IMG/VR virus record: IMGVR_UViG_3300018962_000001
Span: 124,001-188,000 of that record
Length of the DNA: 64,000 bases
Direction: 5' to 3' (one strand)
A program made the position numbers and the translations under genes. The notes beneath the pieces are model-generated. The model had not been told where the DNA came from and did not search any database. It was given only the letters and a program-made list of their open reading frames with translations. Shown here piece by piece: positions 1 through 6,948 of this stretch (positions are counted from its first letter, which is position 1; each line of letters opens with the position of its first letter).

Positions 1-105
1 TTCTACGAGGACGGCACCTGGCATCAGCAGCGCGGTCTGTCGGGAGTCAAACGGGACGTGGAACGGTCCTATCGTGGATGGACCGCTGCCGTTGAGTTAG
101 GGTGA
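1..105 (+). CDS. 3' end of a CDS running in from the left edge
   Basis: Frame 1 open from base 1 (FYEDGTWHQQRG...VELG) to TGA at 103-105; same strand as downstream operon. Confidence 0.5.
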   Translation, partial: FYEDGTWHQQRGLSGVKRDVERSYRGWTAAVELG

Positions 106-164
106 ATCCCTAGCAAGGATCTCATCCTCCTGGATCATGGATGTCGGGCGAAAGGAGTGCTCTG

Positions 165-362
165 ATGCGAATCTGGGGGATTGGTTGGCTGGGCCGTCCG
201 TCGTTCTGGGAGGGCATCGCCCGCATTGTCGATCTGGGGGGGACGCTGAGTGATCCCTTGCCCGATTCCGACTATCAGGGATGGAACGCAGATCAGGCGG
301 CTCTTGCCGAGGATTGGCGTGTCGTGCTGGATGATCTGCTGCGGTTCCCACCACACGAGTAA
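165..362 (+). CDS. Small hypothetical protein
   Basis: AAGGAG RBS before ATG 165; operon packing. Confidence 0.7.
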   Translation: MRIWGIGWLGRPSFWEGIARIVDLGGTLSDPLPDSDYQGWNADQAALAEDWRVVLDDLLRFPPHE

Positions 363-372
363 GGAGCGCTGG

Positions 373-612
373 ATGCCATTTCGGCCATCGCCACGTCGTC
401 TGGTCCGCTGGGGATCAGCCGGTGCAATGCACCGGCTCTATGAGTATCTCTTTGCGATCCCGTACCTGGGCATGGTCTGCCCGATCTGTGATGTGCCGAT
501 TGACGATCTCGACACGTTTAAACAGGCCCGGTTCGGCCATCCCGGCGATCTGGTGCATCGGGCCTGTTGGCCGATCTACCTTATACGCTACCCGAAGGAT
601 CATCCACGATGA
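373..612 (+). CDS. Small hypothetical protein with CxxC...HxxC putative Zn site
   Basis: AAGGAG at 361; CPIC and HRAC; ATGA overlap with next gene. Confidence 0.6.
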   Translation: MPFRPSPRRLVRWGSAGAMHRLYEYLFAIPYLGMVCPICDVPIDDLDTFKQARFGHPGDLVHRACWPIYLIRYPKDHPR

Positions 613-1016
613 CACCGATACGACGACTTACCTCGGCTGAGGAGCACCAGGAAGCGCTGGAACGCCTGGGCACACTTGTGGAATCTGATCCGCCCCGCGA
701 TAGCCCACTCGGCCAGGAAGCGTATCTCCTGGGGCTGGTAATCGAGGACTATGAACGCCAGGCGTTCCCGATGCGATTTCCCGATCCCATTGACGCCATT
801 CACTTTCGGATGGAGCAGCAGGGTCTAGGATTGGGCGATCTCGTTCCCATCCTCGGAACACGCGTTGTCGTTTATGAGGTAATGCACCGACAGCGTCGTC
901 TGACTCTCTCGATGATCCGCAAAATCCATGCGGCCCTCAAGATTCCAGCCGAGAGCTTAATCCAACCGTACTTCCTGACTGGAAAGGGTCCATACGATGA
1001 TGCGAGGATCACATGA
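609..1016 (+). CDS. higA: HigA-family antitoxin / XRE HTH protein (no cognate toxin adjacent)
   Basis: Typical HigA pattern: EEHQEAL..L...IEDYE..AFP..PDPIDAIHFRMEQQGL...DL...G....VYEV....RRLTLSMIRKIHAALKIPAESLI. Confidence 0.85.
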   Translation: MTPIRRLTSAEEHQEALERLGTLVESDPPRDSPLGQEAYLLGLVIEDYERQAFPMRFPDPIDAIHFRMEQQGLGLGDLVPILGTRVVVYEVMHRQRRLTLSMIRKIHAALKIPAESLIQPYFLTGKGPYDDARIT

Positions 1017-1324
1017 TCTATGTTGATGAACTCCGTCGCTACTTCCAAGCGCCCAAGCCAGGATCGGAGCGCTGGTTTGGCAATGGCAAAGAGTCCTGCC
1101 ACCTGACCGCAGACACCCCGGAGGAGCTGCATGCCTTTGCCCAGCGACTCGGCCTCCGGCGATCGTGCGCACAAAGTAGTGGCTATACCCTTCACTATGA
1201 TCTCATTCCGCAGAAGCGCGCACGCGCCGTCGCGCTTGGGGCCAGGGAAGTCACCGCACGCGAGCGTGCGCGGATGATCGCGGCGCAGATTGAAAAGGAT
1301 CGCCCTGATGTGTCCGGCGTGTGA
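1013..1324 (+). CDS. DUF4031 family protein
   Basis: MIYVD...SCHLTADTPEELHAFAQRLGLRR...HYDL...RARAVALGA signature. Confidence 0.85.
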   Translation: MIYVDELRRYFQAPKPGSERWFGNGKESCHLTADTPEELHAFAQRLGLRRSCAQSSGYTLHYDLIPQKRARAVALGAREVTARERARMIAAQIEKDRPDVSGV

Positions 1325-1565
1325 GGGGCGGGGGGGATCGGAGGTTATCGCCTGTCCGGGCGCACGGCTCCTGTGGAAGTCCTGCGGGGCATGCGGGGGA
1401 CGCGGAACCATGACCGAGGCCGAGATCGCGGCGTATCACGAGCGGCAGGTGGTTGCGCGGGCCTTGCGCGAGGACCGGCGGCGGCGGCGGCGGACGATCG
1501 CCGAGGAAGCGGCGGCGCGCGGGATGGATCTGGTTGCCTATAGTCGGTTGGAACGGGGGTATTGA
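1308..1565 (+). CDS. DnaJ-type Zn finger fused to truncated HTH
   Basis: CPACEGRG and CGACGGRG (CxxCxGxG x2); C-terminal LREDR...TIAEEA...YSRLERG is XRE-like. Confidence 0.6.
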   Translation: MCPACEGRGGSEVIACPGARLLWKSCGACGGRGTMTEAEIAAYHERQVVARALREDRRRRRRTIAEEAAARGMDLVAYSRLERGY

Positions 1566-2362
1566 TGGAGGGTGGATCGAGTCTCCAGGAAATCCGCGCG
1601 GTGGATCTGTGGATGGCGGTGCAGTATTTGAGTTGGGAACCGCTGGGCGAGGATCGCTACGCCACGCCTGACGGGGAGCGGCGGGCAGATGACGCTCCCT
1701 ATCTCACGAGCAGCTGGGATTGGATGCTTCCACACCTCCCGCCCGGATGGTATGTATTCCGGGTTGAGCGCCTTGATCTGTGGAATGTCTGTGAGCGACG
1801 TTGGCCGTATGCGCCTGATCGGATCTGGGCACAACACTGGAATGGCCCTCTGGCGATTGGCCTTGCCCTCCAAGCGCATGCCCAGGGCCAGATCCATCAG
1901 ATCCCGCTTGATCCCAAGAACCCGTGGCTCTACATCGATGTCGATGGCGTGTTGAACGGTACCTATGAGGGATGGGTCCAACTCCGCCCAAATGCGATCG
2001 GCTTTCTTCGGTGGTGTACGGAGCATTTTAATTGTTTCTGGCTGACACGCTGGCCGAAATCTGAGCGTGATCGGCTGCTGCGGCTCTTATACGCGAGTGA
2101 TTTGATCCCAAAGATCCGAGAAACGCCCTATACCTCCTCAAAAGTTGATGCACTCGACTTAACGCAGGATTTCTACTGGATCGAGGATGGTATTCTGCCC
2201 GATGAACAGGCACGGTTAGACAGCCTGGGGAAAGGCGATCGGTATCTTGCGGTGCATGCCGAAGGCAAAGATGAGCTGGATCGTATTCAGGGCGAGCTTC
2301 GGAAGATTCTCGTCGATCGGATCAAAGAGCGGCTCCAGGACCGACACCGGAGGACGGAATGA
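1565..2362 (+). CDS. Two-domain protein with C-terminal HAD-superfamily phosphatase-like domain
   Basis: LYIDVDGVLN (motif I), FWLTRW (motif II T), SSK (motif III), FYWIEDG (motif IV). Confidence 0.75.
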   Translation: MEGGSSLQEIRAVDLWMAVQYLSWEPLGEDRYATPDGERRADDAPYLTSSWDWMLPHLPPGWYVFRVERLDLWNVCERRWPYAPDRIWAQHWNGPLAIGLALQAHAQGQIHQIPLDPKNPWLYIDVDGVLNGTYEGWVQLRPNAIGFLRWCTEHFNCFWLTRWPKSERDRLLRLLYASDLIPKIRETPYTSSKVDALDLTQDFYWIEDGILPDEQARLDSLGKGDRYLAVHAEGKDELDRIQGELRKILVDRIKERLQDRHRRTE

Positions 2363-2874
2363 CAGACACAGCAAAACCTCGCCATGCCGCAGGAACAACG
2401 GTCGGTGTGGATCGATCCCAAGCGGAGATTAAAAAGCTCCTTCGGGATCATGGGGCAACCGGCATCGCGTTCGGCTGGCGCGCTGATCCTCCGGCGCATG
2501 TGGTGGCGTTTGAAATCGACGATCGCAAGATTCGCTTCGTGCTGACCCTCCCGACACACGAATCCTTTCGTGTGCAATACCGTGGAGCGGTGGCTGCGCG
2601 CGAACGGACGCCAGGGGAGATTCGGAAGGTGGCGGACCAGGAAGAACAACGCCTGTGGCGAAGCCTGGCCGCGACCATCAAGGCTCGTCTCATTGCAATC
2701 GCCGACCATATTGAAACGGTCGAACAAGCCTTTCATGCCTATCTGGTCATGGCGAACGGACAAACGCTGGGAGAATGGTCAGCCCCGCAAATTGCTGCGA
2801 TGTATGACTCCGGCGCGATGCCACCCATCCTACCCGGCCTGCCGGATGCTGCGCCGCCGCAGTTAACGGACTAG
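2359..2874 (+). CDS. Conserved phage hypothetical protein
   Basis: GGAGG RBS, ATGA overlap; TTVGVDRSQAEIKKLL...WRSL..TIKARL...ETVEQAF pattern typical of a widespread phage family. Confidence 0.75.
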   Translation: MTDTAKPRHAAGTTVGVDRSQAEIKKLLRDHGATGIAFGWRADPPAHVVAFEIDDRKIRFVLTLPTHESFRVQYRGAVAARERTPGEIRKVADQEEQRLWRSLAATIKARLIAIADHIETVEQAFHAYLVMANGQTLGEWSAPQIAAMYDSGAMPPILPGLPDAAPPQLTD

Positions 2875-2878
2875 AATA

Positions 2879-2887
2879 TGCTATACT
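2879..2887 (+). promoter_or_regulatory. Extended -10 promoter (TGcTATACT)
   Basis: TG-C-TATACT directly after stop of upstream gene and before a 220-nt non-coding stretch. Confidence 0.55.
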
Positions 2888-2898
2888 ACCCGTGTCTT

Positions 2899-3055
2899 GG
2901 ATCGAGGGGCGTGGTTGACACGCAGGCGGAGTGGCCCGGACCCGGAGCGCGCAGCCGAGTTCGGTGACCCAGCAAGTCGTCACGGGTGACATCCGATAGT
3001 CGGAATCGAGAACCGCGGCTCGTTCTGACCCGATCCTCGCCACGTCCGCGTGGCG
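2899..3055 (+). ncRNA. Candidate structured RNA / leader
   Basis: Closing stem GGATCG(2899)/CGATCC(3031) encloses hairpins GCGTG/CACGC, GTGAC/GTCAC, TCCGA/TCGGA, AGAAC/GTTCT; then CGCCACG-TCCG-CGTGGCG. Confidence 0.4.
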
Positions 3056-3104
3056 GAACGATCTTTGCAGATGCCCTTCTGACGACCAACAGGAGGGCGT
3101 TTGT

Positions 3105-3785
3105 ATGCCAGCGAAACAAGAGCGACGGAAATCTCCCCAACGCACGCCACGGAAGGGCCTGGATATGCAGGCCAAGTTCACCCTGGAAGTCCGGCGTGTG
3201 CTCGGAGCCGAACAGAGTGGCCTGGAAGCGTTGCGCCAATTCAGCCAGGAGGCGCAGAATCCCAGTTTACGGGCGACGCTCGATCATCATGCGACGGAAA
3301 CCGAGCAGCAGATCGAGCGGTTGGAGGAAGTCTTAACGCTGTTGGGTGGGGCCACCAAGCCGGAAAAAGATGCCGTGACGGAAGCGCTGCGCAAGGACAC
3401 GGACAAACTGCTGAAACGCCTGACCGATCCAGCCCTAATCGACTGTGCCGTGTCGGCGGCGGCGGTGCGTGGTGAGCATCTGGAGATTGCCGCGTATCGC
3501 GATCTGGTCCAGGCCGCCGCAACCTTCCATCCTCAGATTCTTCAGTTGCTTCAGGCCAATCTTCAGCAGGAGGAGATGGCGGCATCACTGCTCGAAAGTA
3601 ATGCGCCAGGGCTCCTCCAGGCGATTCCCGCTGAGCTGCGCGGACAGCCGGTGGCACAGCCGTCAGCGGGAGCGCCGTCACAGATCGTCACTGCCGTTCA
3701 AGAAGCGCAGGCTGTGAGCGGTACCGCGTCTGGTGATCCGATTGCCCAGCAGGCCATCGCGGATGCCGCGCAGCGTGCCCCGTAG
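3105..3785 (+). CDS. YciF/DUF892 ferritin-like protein with Ala/Gln-rich tail
   Basis: AGGAGG RBS; AEQ...H..ETEQQIERLE...EHLEIAAY..L...LL..NL.QEE four-helix-bundle pattern. Confidence 0.8.
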   Translation: MPAKQERRKSPQRTPRKGLDMQAKFTLEVRRVLGAEQSGLEALRQFSQEAQNPSLRATLDHHATETEQQIERLEEVLTLLGGATKPEKDAVTEALRKDTDKLLKRLTDPALIDCAVSAAAVRGEHLEIAAYRDLVQAAATFHPQILQLLQANLQQEEMAASLLESNAPGLLQAIPAELRGQPVAQPSAGAPSQIVTAVQEAQAVSGTASGDPIAQQAIADAAQRAP

Positions 3786-3826
3786 CGTGGCCGATCGTCT
3801 TAGCCCCCCGAAAAGGAAGTGCTGAA

Positions 3827-4072
3827 ATGTCCACAGCCGACGAAAAAGAGCAAGCTGCTACGAAAGGGAATGAAGCGTTCCCTGATGGAAAAGTCCAGGT
3901 CGATGCGACGGAGGTGGGTGGCGAACACCGATCGACGAATCAGGCTCCCACGGATGATTATGATCACCGCCCGGCCCAAACGCAGAGTGCGGGAACCGTA
4001 ACAACACCCGCGTCAACGCCCCAACCGCCGCAGCCCGCAACCGAGTCCGGGCCGGAAAGCGTCGGTACCTAA
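3827..4072 (+). CDS. Small hydrophilic low-complexity protein
   Basis: AAGGAAG RBS, ATG 3827; T/P/Q/E-rich. Confidence 0.6.
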   Translation: MSTADEKEQAATKGNEAFPDGKVQVDATEVGGEHRSTNQAPTDDYDHRPAQTQSAGTVTTPASTPQPPQPATESGPESVGT

Positions 4073-4146
4073 CAAGGCTTGACACCGGCTGGGCAATTCC
4101 AGTATACTCATCCTATCTTCCCCAGCCGGGCACCTGCTCCCTGGCC

Positions 4147-4176
4147 CCCGCCGAGTCGCGACTCGGCGGGACTTTT
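4147..4176 (+). terminator. Rho-independent terminator
   Basis: Perfect palindrome CCCGCCGAGTCG/CGACTCGGCGGG followed by ACTTTT. Confidence 0.75.
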
Positions 4177-4189
4177 GTATGGTCATCCC

Positions 4190-4274
4190 TTGACAAGCGT
4201 ATGTATCTGCGCTATGATGGAGCTAGATAGATTGATGGCGCTGTCTTGACAAGCGCTTAAGGATACGCTACACT
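4190..4274 (+). promoter_or_regulatory. Two tandem sigma70-type promoters driving the tRNA region
   Basis: TTGACA-17-TATGAT (4190-4218) and TTGACA-17-TACACT (4246-4274). Confidence 0.8.
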
Positions 4275-4290
4275 ATGCGAGGAATGGTCT

Positions 4291-4506
4291 ATGCCGGAGA
4301 CAAAATTTACCGAAACCCGCGCGTTAGAATGTGTGCTTGCGGATGACGATGAGGGCTTAGCGCAGATTCTTGACGGGATGACGGAAACGGAGTTGGCACA
4401 TCTCGCAAGTGCCTGCCGGTATCTTGGCACCGAGGCAATGGATGTGTGGGCGCGCAAGCGGAATACCGATCGCATCCAGGGCACGGTAGCACCAGCAGCA
4501 GATTAA
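4291..4506 (+). CDS. Small hypothetical protein
   Basis: GAGGA RBS, ATG, directly downstream of promoters. Confidence 0.65.
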   Translation: MPETKFTETRALECVLADDDEGLAQILDGMTETELAHLASACRYLGTEAMDVWARKRNTDRIQGTVAPAAD

Positions 4507-4507
4507 T

Positions 4508-4585
4508 GGGATGGTAGTTCAGCCTGGTTAGAACACTGGCCTGTCACGCCAGAGGTCGTGGGTTCAAATCCCATCCATCTCGCCA
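4508..4585 (+). tRNA. trnD: tRNA-Asp (GTC)
   Basis: Acceptor GGGATGG/CCATCTC, anticodon arm CTGGC-CTGTCAC-GCCAG, T loop GTTCAAATC, discriminator G, encoded CCA. Confidence 0.97.
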
Positions 4586-4704
4586 CCCCAATTGCTGCCG
4601 GTCTGAGGGAGCCTTCGGGCGACATACCTCTGGATTGGGACCTACGGAGGCCTCCTGCCGTGGGCAGACAAGTGGAGGCAATACCTTAGTCGTGCGGAGG
4701 ATGT

Positions 4705-4887
4705 GTGAAAATTCTTGAGCGCGGTACACCGCCGTCCGAGCCGAGCTATGAGGTTCGCTGCAAGGCCTGTGGGAGTCTCATTTGCTTTCAAGAATCCGAG
4801 GCCAAAAAGACGGAGACTCAGTTCTATGGGACATCGATTGAGATCGCGTGTCCGGTGTGCCAGCAGACGATCACCATAACTCTGTAG
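4705..4887 (+). CDS. Small Zn-ribbon protein
   Basis: GGAGG RBS, GTG start; CKAC...CPVC. Confidence 0.75.
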   Translation: MKILERGTPPSEPSYEVRCKACGSLICFQESEAKKTETQFYGTSIEIACPVCQQTITITL

Positions 4888-4910
4888 AGGGAGGTCCGTG
4901 TCGGCACTAC

Positions 4911-4987
4911 GTCCATGTAGCTTAGTTGGATAGAGCATCAGTTTGCGGAACTGAAGGCCGGGGGTTCGACTCCCTCCGTGGACGCCA
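4911..4987 (+). tRNA. trnR: tRNA-Arg (GCG)
   Basis: Acceptor GTCCATG/CGTGGAC, anticodon arm TCAGT-TTGCGGA-ACTGA, GTTCGACTC, CCA. Confidence 0.95.
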
Positions 4988-4990
4988 TGA

Positions 4991-5065
4991 TCGGTCGCAG
5001 CTCGACGGTCGAGCAACACCCTGATACGGTGCAGGCTGCTGGTTCGAATCCAGCCGACCGAACCA
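4991..5065 (+). tRNA. trnI: tRNA-Ile (GAT), atypical
   Basis: Acceptor TCGGTCG/CGACCGA, anticodon arm CACC-CTGATAC-GGTG, GTTCGAATC, ACCA; C at position 8. Confidence 0.88.
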
Positions 5066-5092
5066 AGACAATTCTTTTGTCTGCTACCTGGC

Positions 5093-5117
5093 CTGCCCAT
5101 CCTTTTCGGATGGGCAG
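5093..5117 (+). terminator. GC-rich hairpin after tRNA cluster (terminator or processing/stability signal)
   Basis: CTGCCCATCC-TTTTC-GGATGGGCAG; no U tract. Confidence 0.45.
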
Positions 5118-5138
5118 CGCTAGTTAAAGGAGCGGAAT

Positions 5139-5828
5139 GTGGATCATCCAATCCTATTGTGCTTTCGCTGCAAGGATCGACGCGCCGATGCCGGTGAACG
5201 ATGGAAATGGCGATGGAGCGGATTTTCGCGGGGACCGTGTGCTGACTGTGGACACCGCTACGCAGAGCAATGGGACCCATGTCGACTCCTCGTGGTTGAG
5301 TTTGACAAGGATCTCCACCCGCTCCGAGCAACGGTGGAAACGATCCGGGAGCATGGCCCACATGAGGAGGAATTTGACTGTGCCTGGAGTCGCGCCGACC
5401 AGCGTATGTACTATCATGGTGTTGGTGGTGGTCCAGCCCACTTTGGAAGGGGGAAGACCCCGTATATCGTTGCTCAGTTGCTCTGTGGGCCAGGCTCTGT
5501 CGAATCGACCCCGGATACTCCTGCGGGGATGGGGTTCGCGCCGCATTTCGTCTGGGCAACTCCTGATGTGCGTTTGGACATCCAAAGCCGAACGTGTACG
5601 CGCCTTCCGACTCTGCCCGCTGGCTACGCCGAGATGGAGTTAATTGAGGCCTTTGAGCTTGATACGCGGACCGTGTACTGCCAGATGTGCCAGGATGAGT
5701 ATGCCGATGAGATCGGACGGACCTGTGATCACTTGATCTGGTGTGACCAATGCAGTGCCTGGTCGGGGACGGGAATGGTGCGCGAGGATAGTGGCTGTGA
5801 GCATTATCCTGAAGCGGTGGAATCCTGA
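5139..5828 (+). CDS. Cys-rich (multi-Zn) hypothetical protein
   Basis: AAGGAG RBS; CFRC, CADC, CQMC, CDH, CDQC, CEH. Confidence 0.7.
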   Translation: MDHPILLCFRCKDRRADAGERWKWRWSGFSRGPCADCGHRYAEQWDPCRLLVVEFDKDLHPLRATVETIREHGPHEEEFDCAWSRADQRMYYHGVGGGPAHFGRGKTPYIVAQLLCGPGSVESTPDTPAGMGFAPHFVWATPDVRLDIQSRTCTRLPTLPAGYAEMELIEAFELDTRTVYCQMCQDEYADEIGRTCDHLIWCDQCSAWSGTGMVREDSGCEHYPEAVES

Positions 5829-6238
5829 CTCCAGGCCGCACGGGCCGCCGCCGCCGCCGCCGGGATCGCCGACCGCACGGCCCGGCAGTGCGTCTCCACC
5901 AGGGCTGCGCCGCCGAGAACCGCCAGATGCGCCACTTGATCGCCCCAGATCGCGACGTGGATCGACACCGGATTCGCGGGATCAGTGGTTTGTCGAATCC
6001 GTCGTCGCCACCACTGGAGCGGTACGCGGGTGTCGATCAGGAGATGCGTGAGACCGATCGCGATTGCTACCGGCCAGGAATACACCAGGCGCTGCGCGAT
6101 CGTATGCAGGCCGCTATGCACGTAGGCCGCAGGATGGCGAAGGTCGGTCTTGTTGGTGGCTTGCCATTCGTTCTGCATCATCCAATCGACGATCCAATGA
6201 ATCAGCGTGCCCCAGACAAGCTTCTCGGTTGCGCGCAT
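5804..6238 (-). CDS. DUF3307 family membrane protein
   Basis: HWIVDW..Q, HSGLH, THLLID, DQVAH conserved His/Asp motifs on hydrophobic helices; GAAGGA RBS. Confidence 0.85.
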   Translation of the reverse strand: MRATEKLVWGTLIHWIVDWMMQNEWQATNKTDLRHPAAYVHSGLHTIAQRLVYSWPVAIAIGLTHLLIDTRVPLQWWRRRIRQTTDPANPVSIHVAIWGDQVAHLAVLGGAALVETHCRAVRSAIPAAAAAARAAWSQDSTASG

Positions 6239-6351
6239 GGCGGTGGTCCTTCCAAAACGAGGGGAGCGGTTCCCGACCACGCCCCCCAGCATAGTCGATT
6301 CCCACTCCCGCTTGTATCCTAGCACACCCGGTCATTCCCTGCAAGCATCAA

Positions 6352-6633
6352 TCAGGAGCGCGGTGCGATTCGTCGCAAGATCTCCAGATGCTGCATGTTG
6401 GTTTCCTTGATCCCGCGATACCGCCCAATCTCGTGATTGGCATTGGCAACCATCTGTTCGAGCTGGGTATCAATTTGCTGATTCTCCCATTCCAACCGCG
6501 CGATCATTTCTTCCACCGTTTGGGGATTCCCCGATGGTTCAGGCGATCCGCCAGTCGGTGGGGTATAGGGCGGTGGGTCCAGTCGTTGGGTTGGGCCAGT
6601 GGCCGCCTCTGATCCCGTGGGATTCTGAGTCAT
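6352..6633 (-). CDS. Small coiled-coil protein downstream of tail spike
   Basis: AGGAGG RBS; heptad helix IARLEWENQQIDTQLEQM. Confidence 0.75.
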   Translation of the reverse strand: MTQNPTGSEAATGPTQRLDPPPYTPPTGGSPEPSGNPQTVEEMIARLEWENQQIDTQLEQMVANANHEIGRYRGIKETNMQHLEILRRIAPRS

Positions 6634-6641
6634 GGGTCCTC

Positions 6642-6938
6642 CTAGCGAAGTAAGTGATCGAGTTCTTTGGTGATGACATTCATCAACCCGGTTAATTGCC
6701 CGGCGGCGGCGGCGGGCAGGGGTCGCCAGCTTGGGGGTGGGCCGGACACCACCCCATTTCCTGCGATGGTTGGACCGGGCACCTCACGCCACAACGTAAG
6801 ACTTCCTTGCTCCAGGACACGTCCGCCCTGCTGCGCTGGCTTATCCAGCAACGCATACACCACCGTGATGGTCTGATCCGCCGGATTGATCGTGATCATC
6901 TGAATATCGTACGCGGTGATTGTAACATTTCGGGGCAT
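6642..6938 (-). CDS. Small tail-spike-associated protein
   Basis: AAGGAGG RBS before ATG 6938; position right after spike gene. Confidence 0.7.
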   Translation of the reverse strand: MPRNVTITAYDIQMITINPADQTITVVYALLDKPAQQGGRVLEQGSLTLWREVPGPTIAGNGVVSGPPPSWRPLPAAAAGQLTGLMNVITKELDHLLR

Positions 6939-6948
6939 CCGATCCTCC

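Noticed and set aside
273-284. Partial gapped match of unit U4 (TA.CA.GG.TG) within the window
   Set aside because: Only 4 of 12 dinucleotides match, as expected by chance. No convincing self-target was found by eye, and the search was not exhaustive.
4600-4630. Hammerhead ribozyme (CTGA..GAG-stem-CGAC)
   Set aside because: The core is not CUGANGA...GAAA and no stems I/III with a cleavage triplet are evident.
4508-5065. tRNAs as prophage attachment site or boundary
   Set aside because: Phage-like genes lie on both sides, there is no integrase, and no duplicated tRNA 3' end was seen; they look phage-encoded.
4642-5841. 399-aa minus-strand ORF
   Set aside because: It is antisense to two tRNAs and to RBS-supported + strand genes; shadow ORF.
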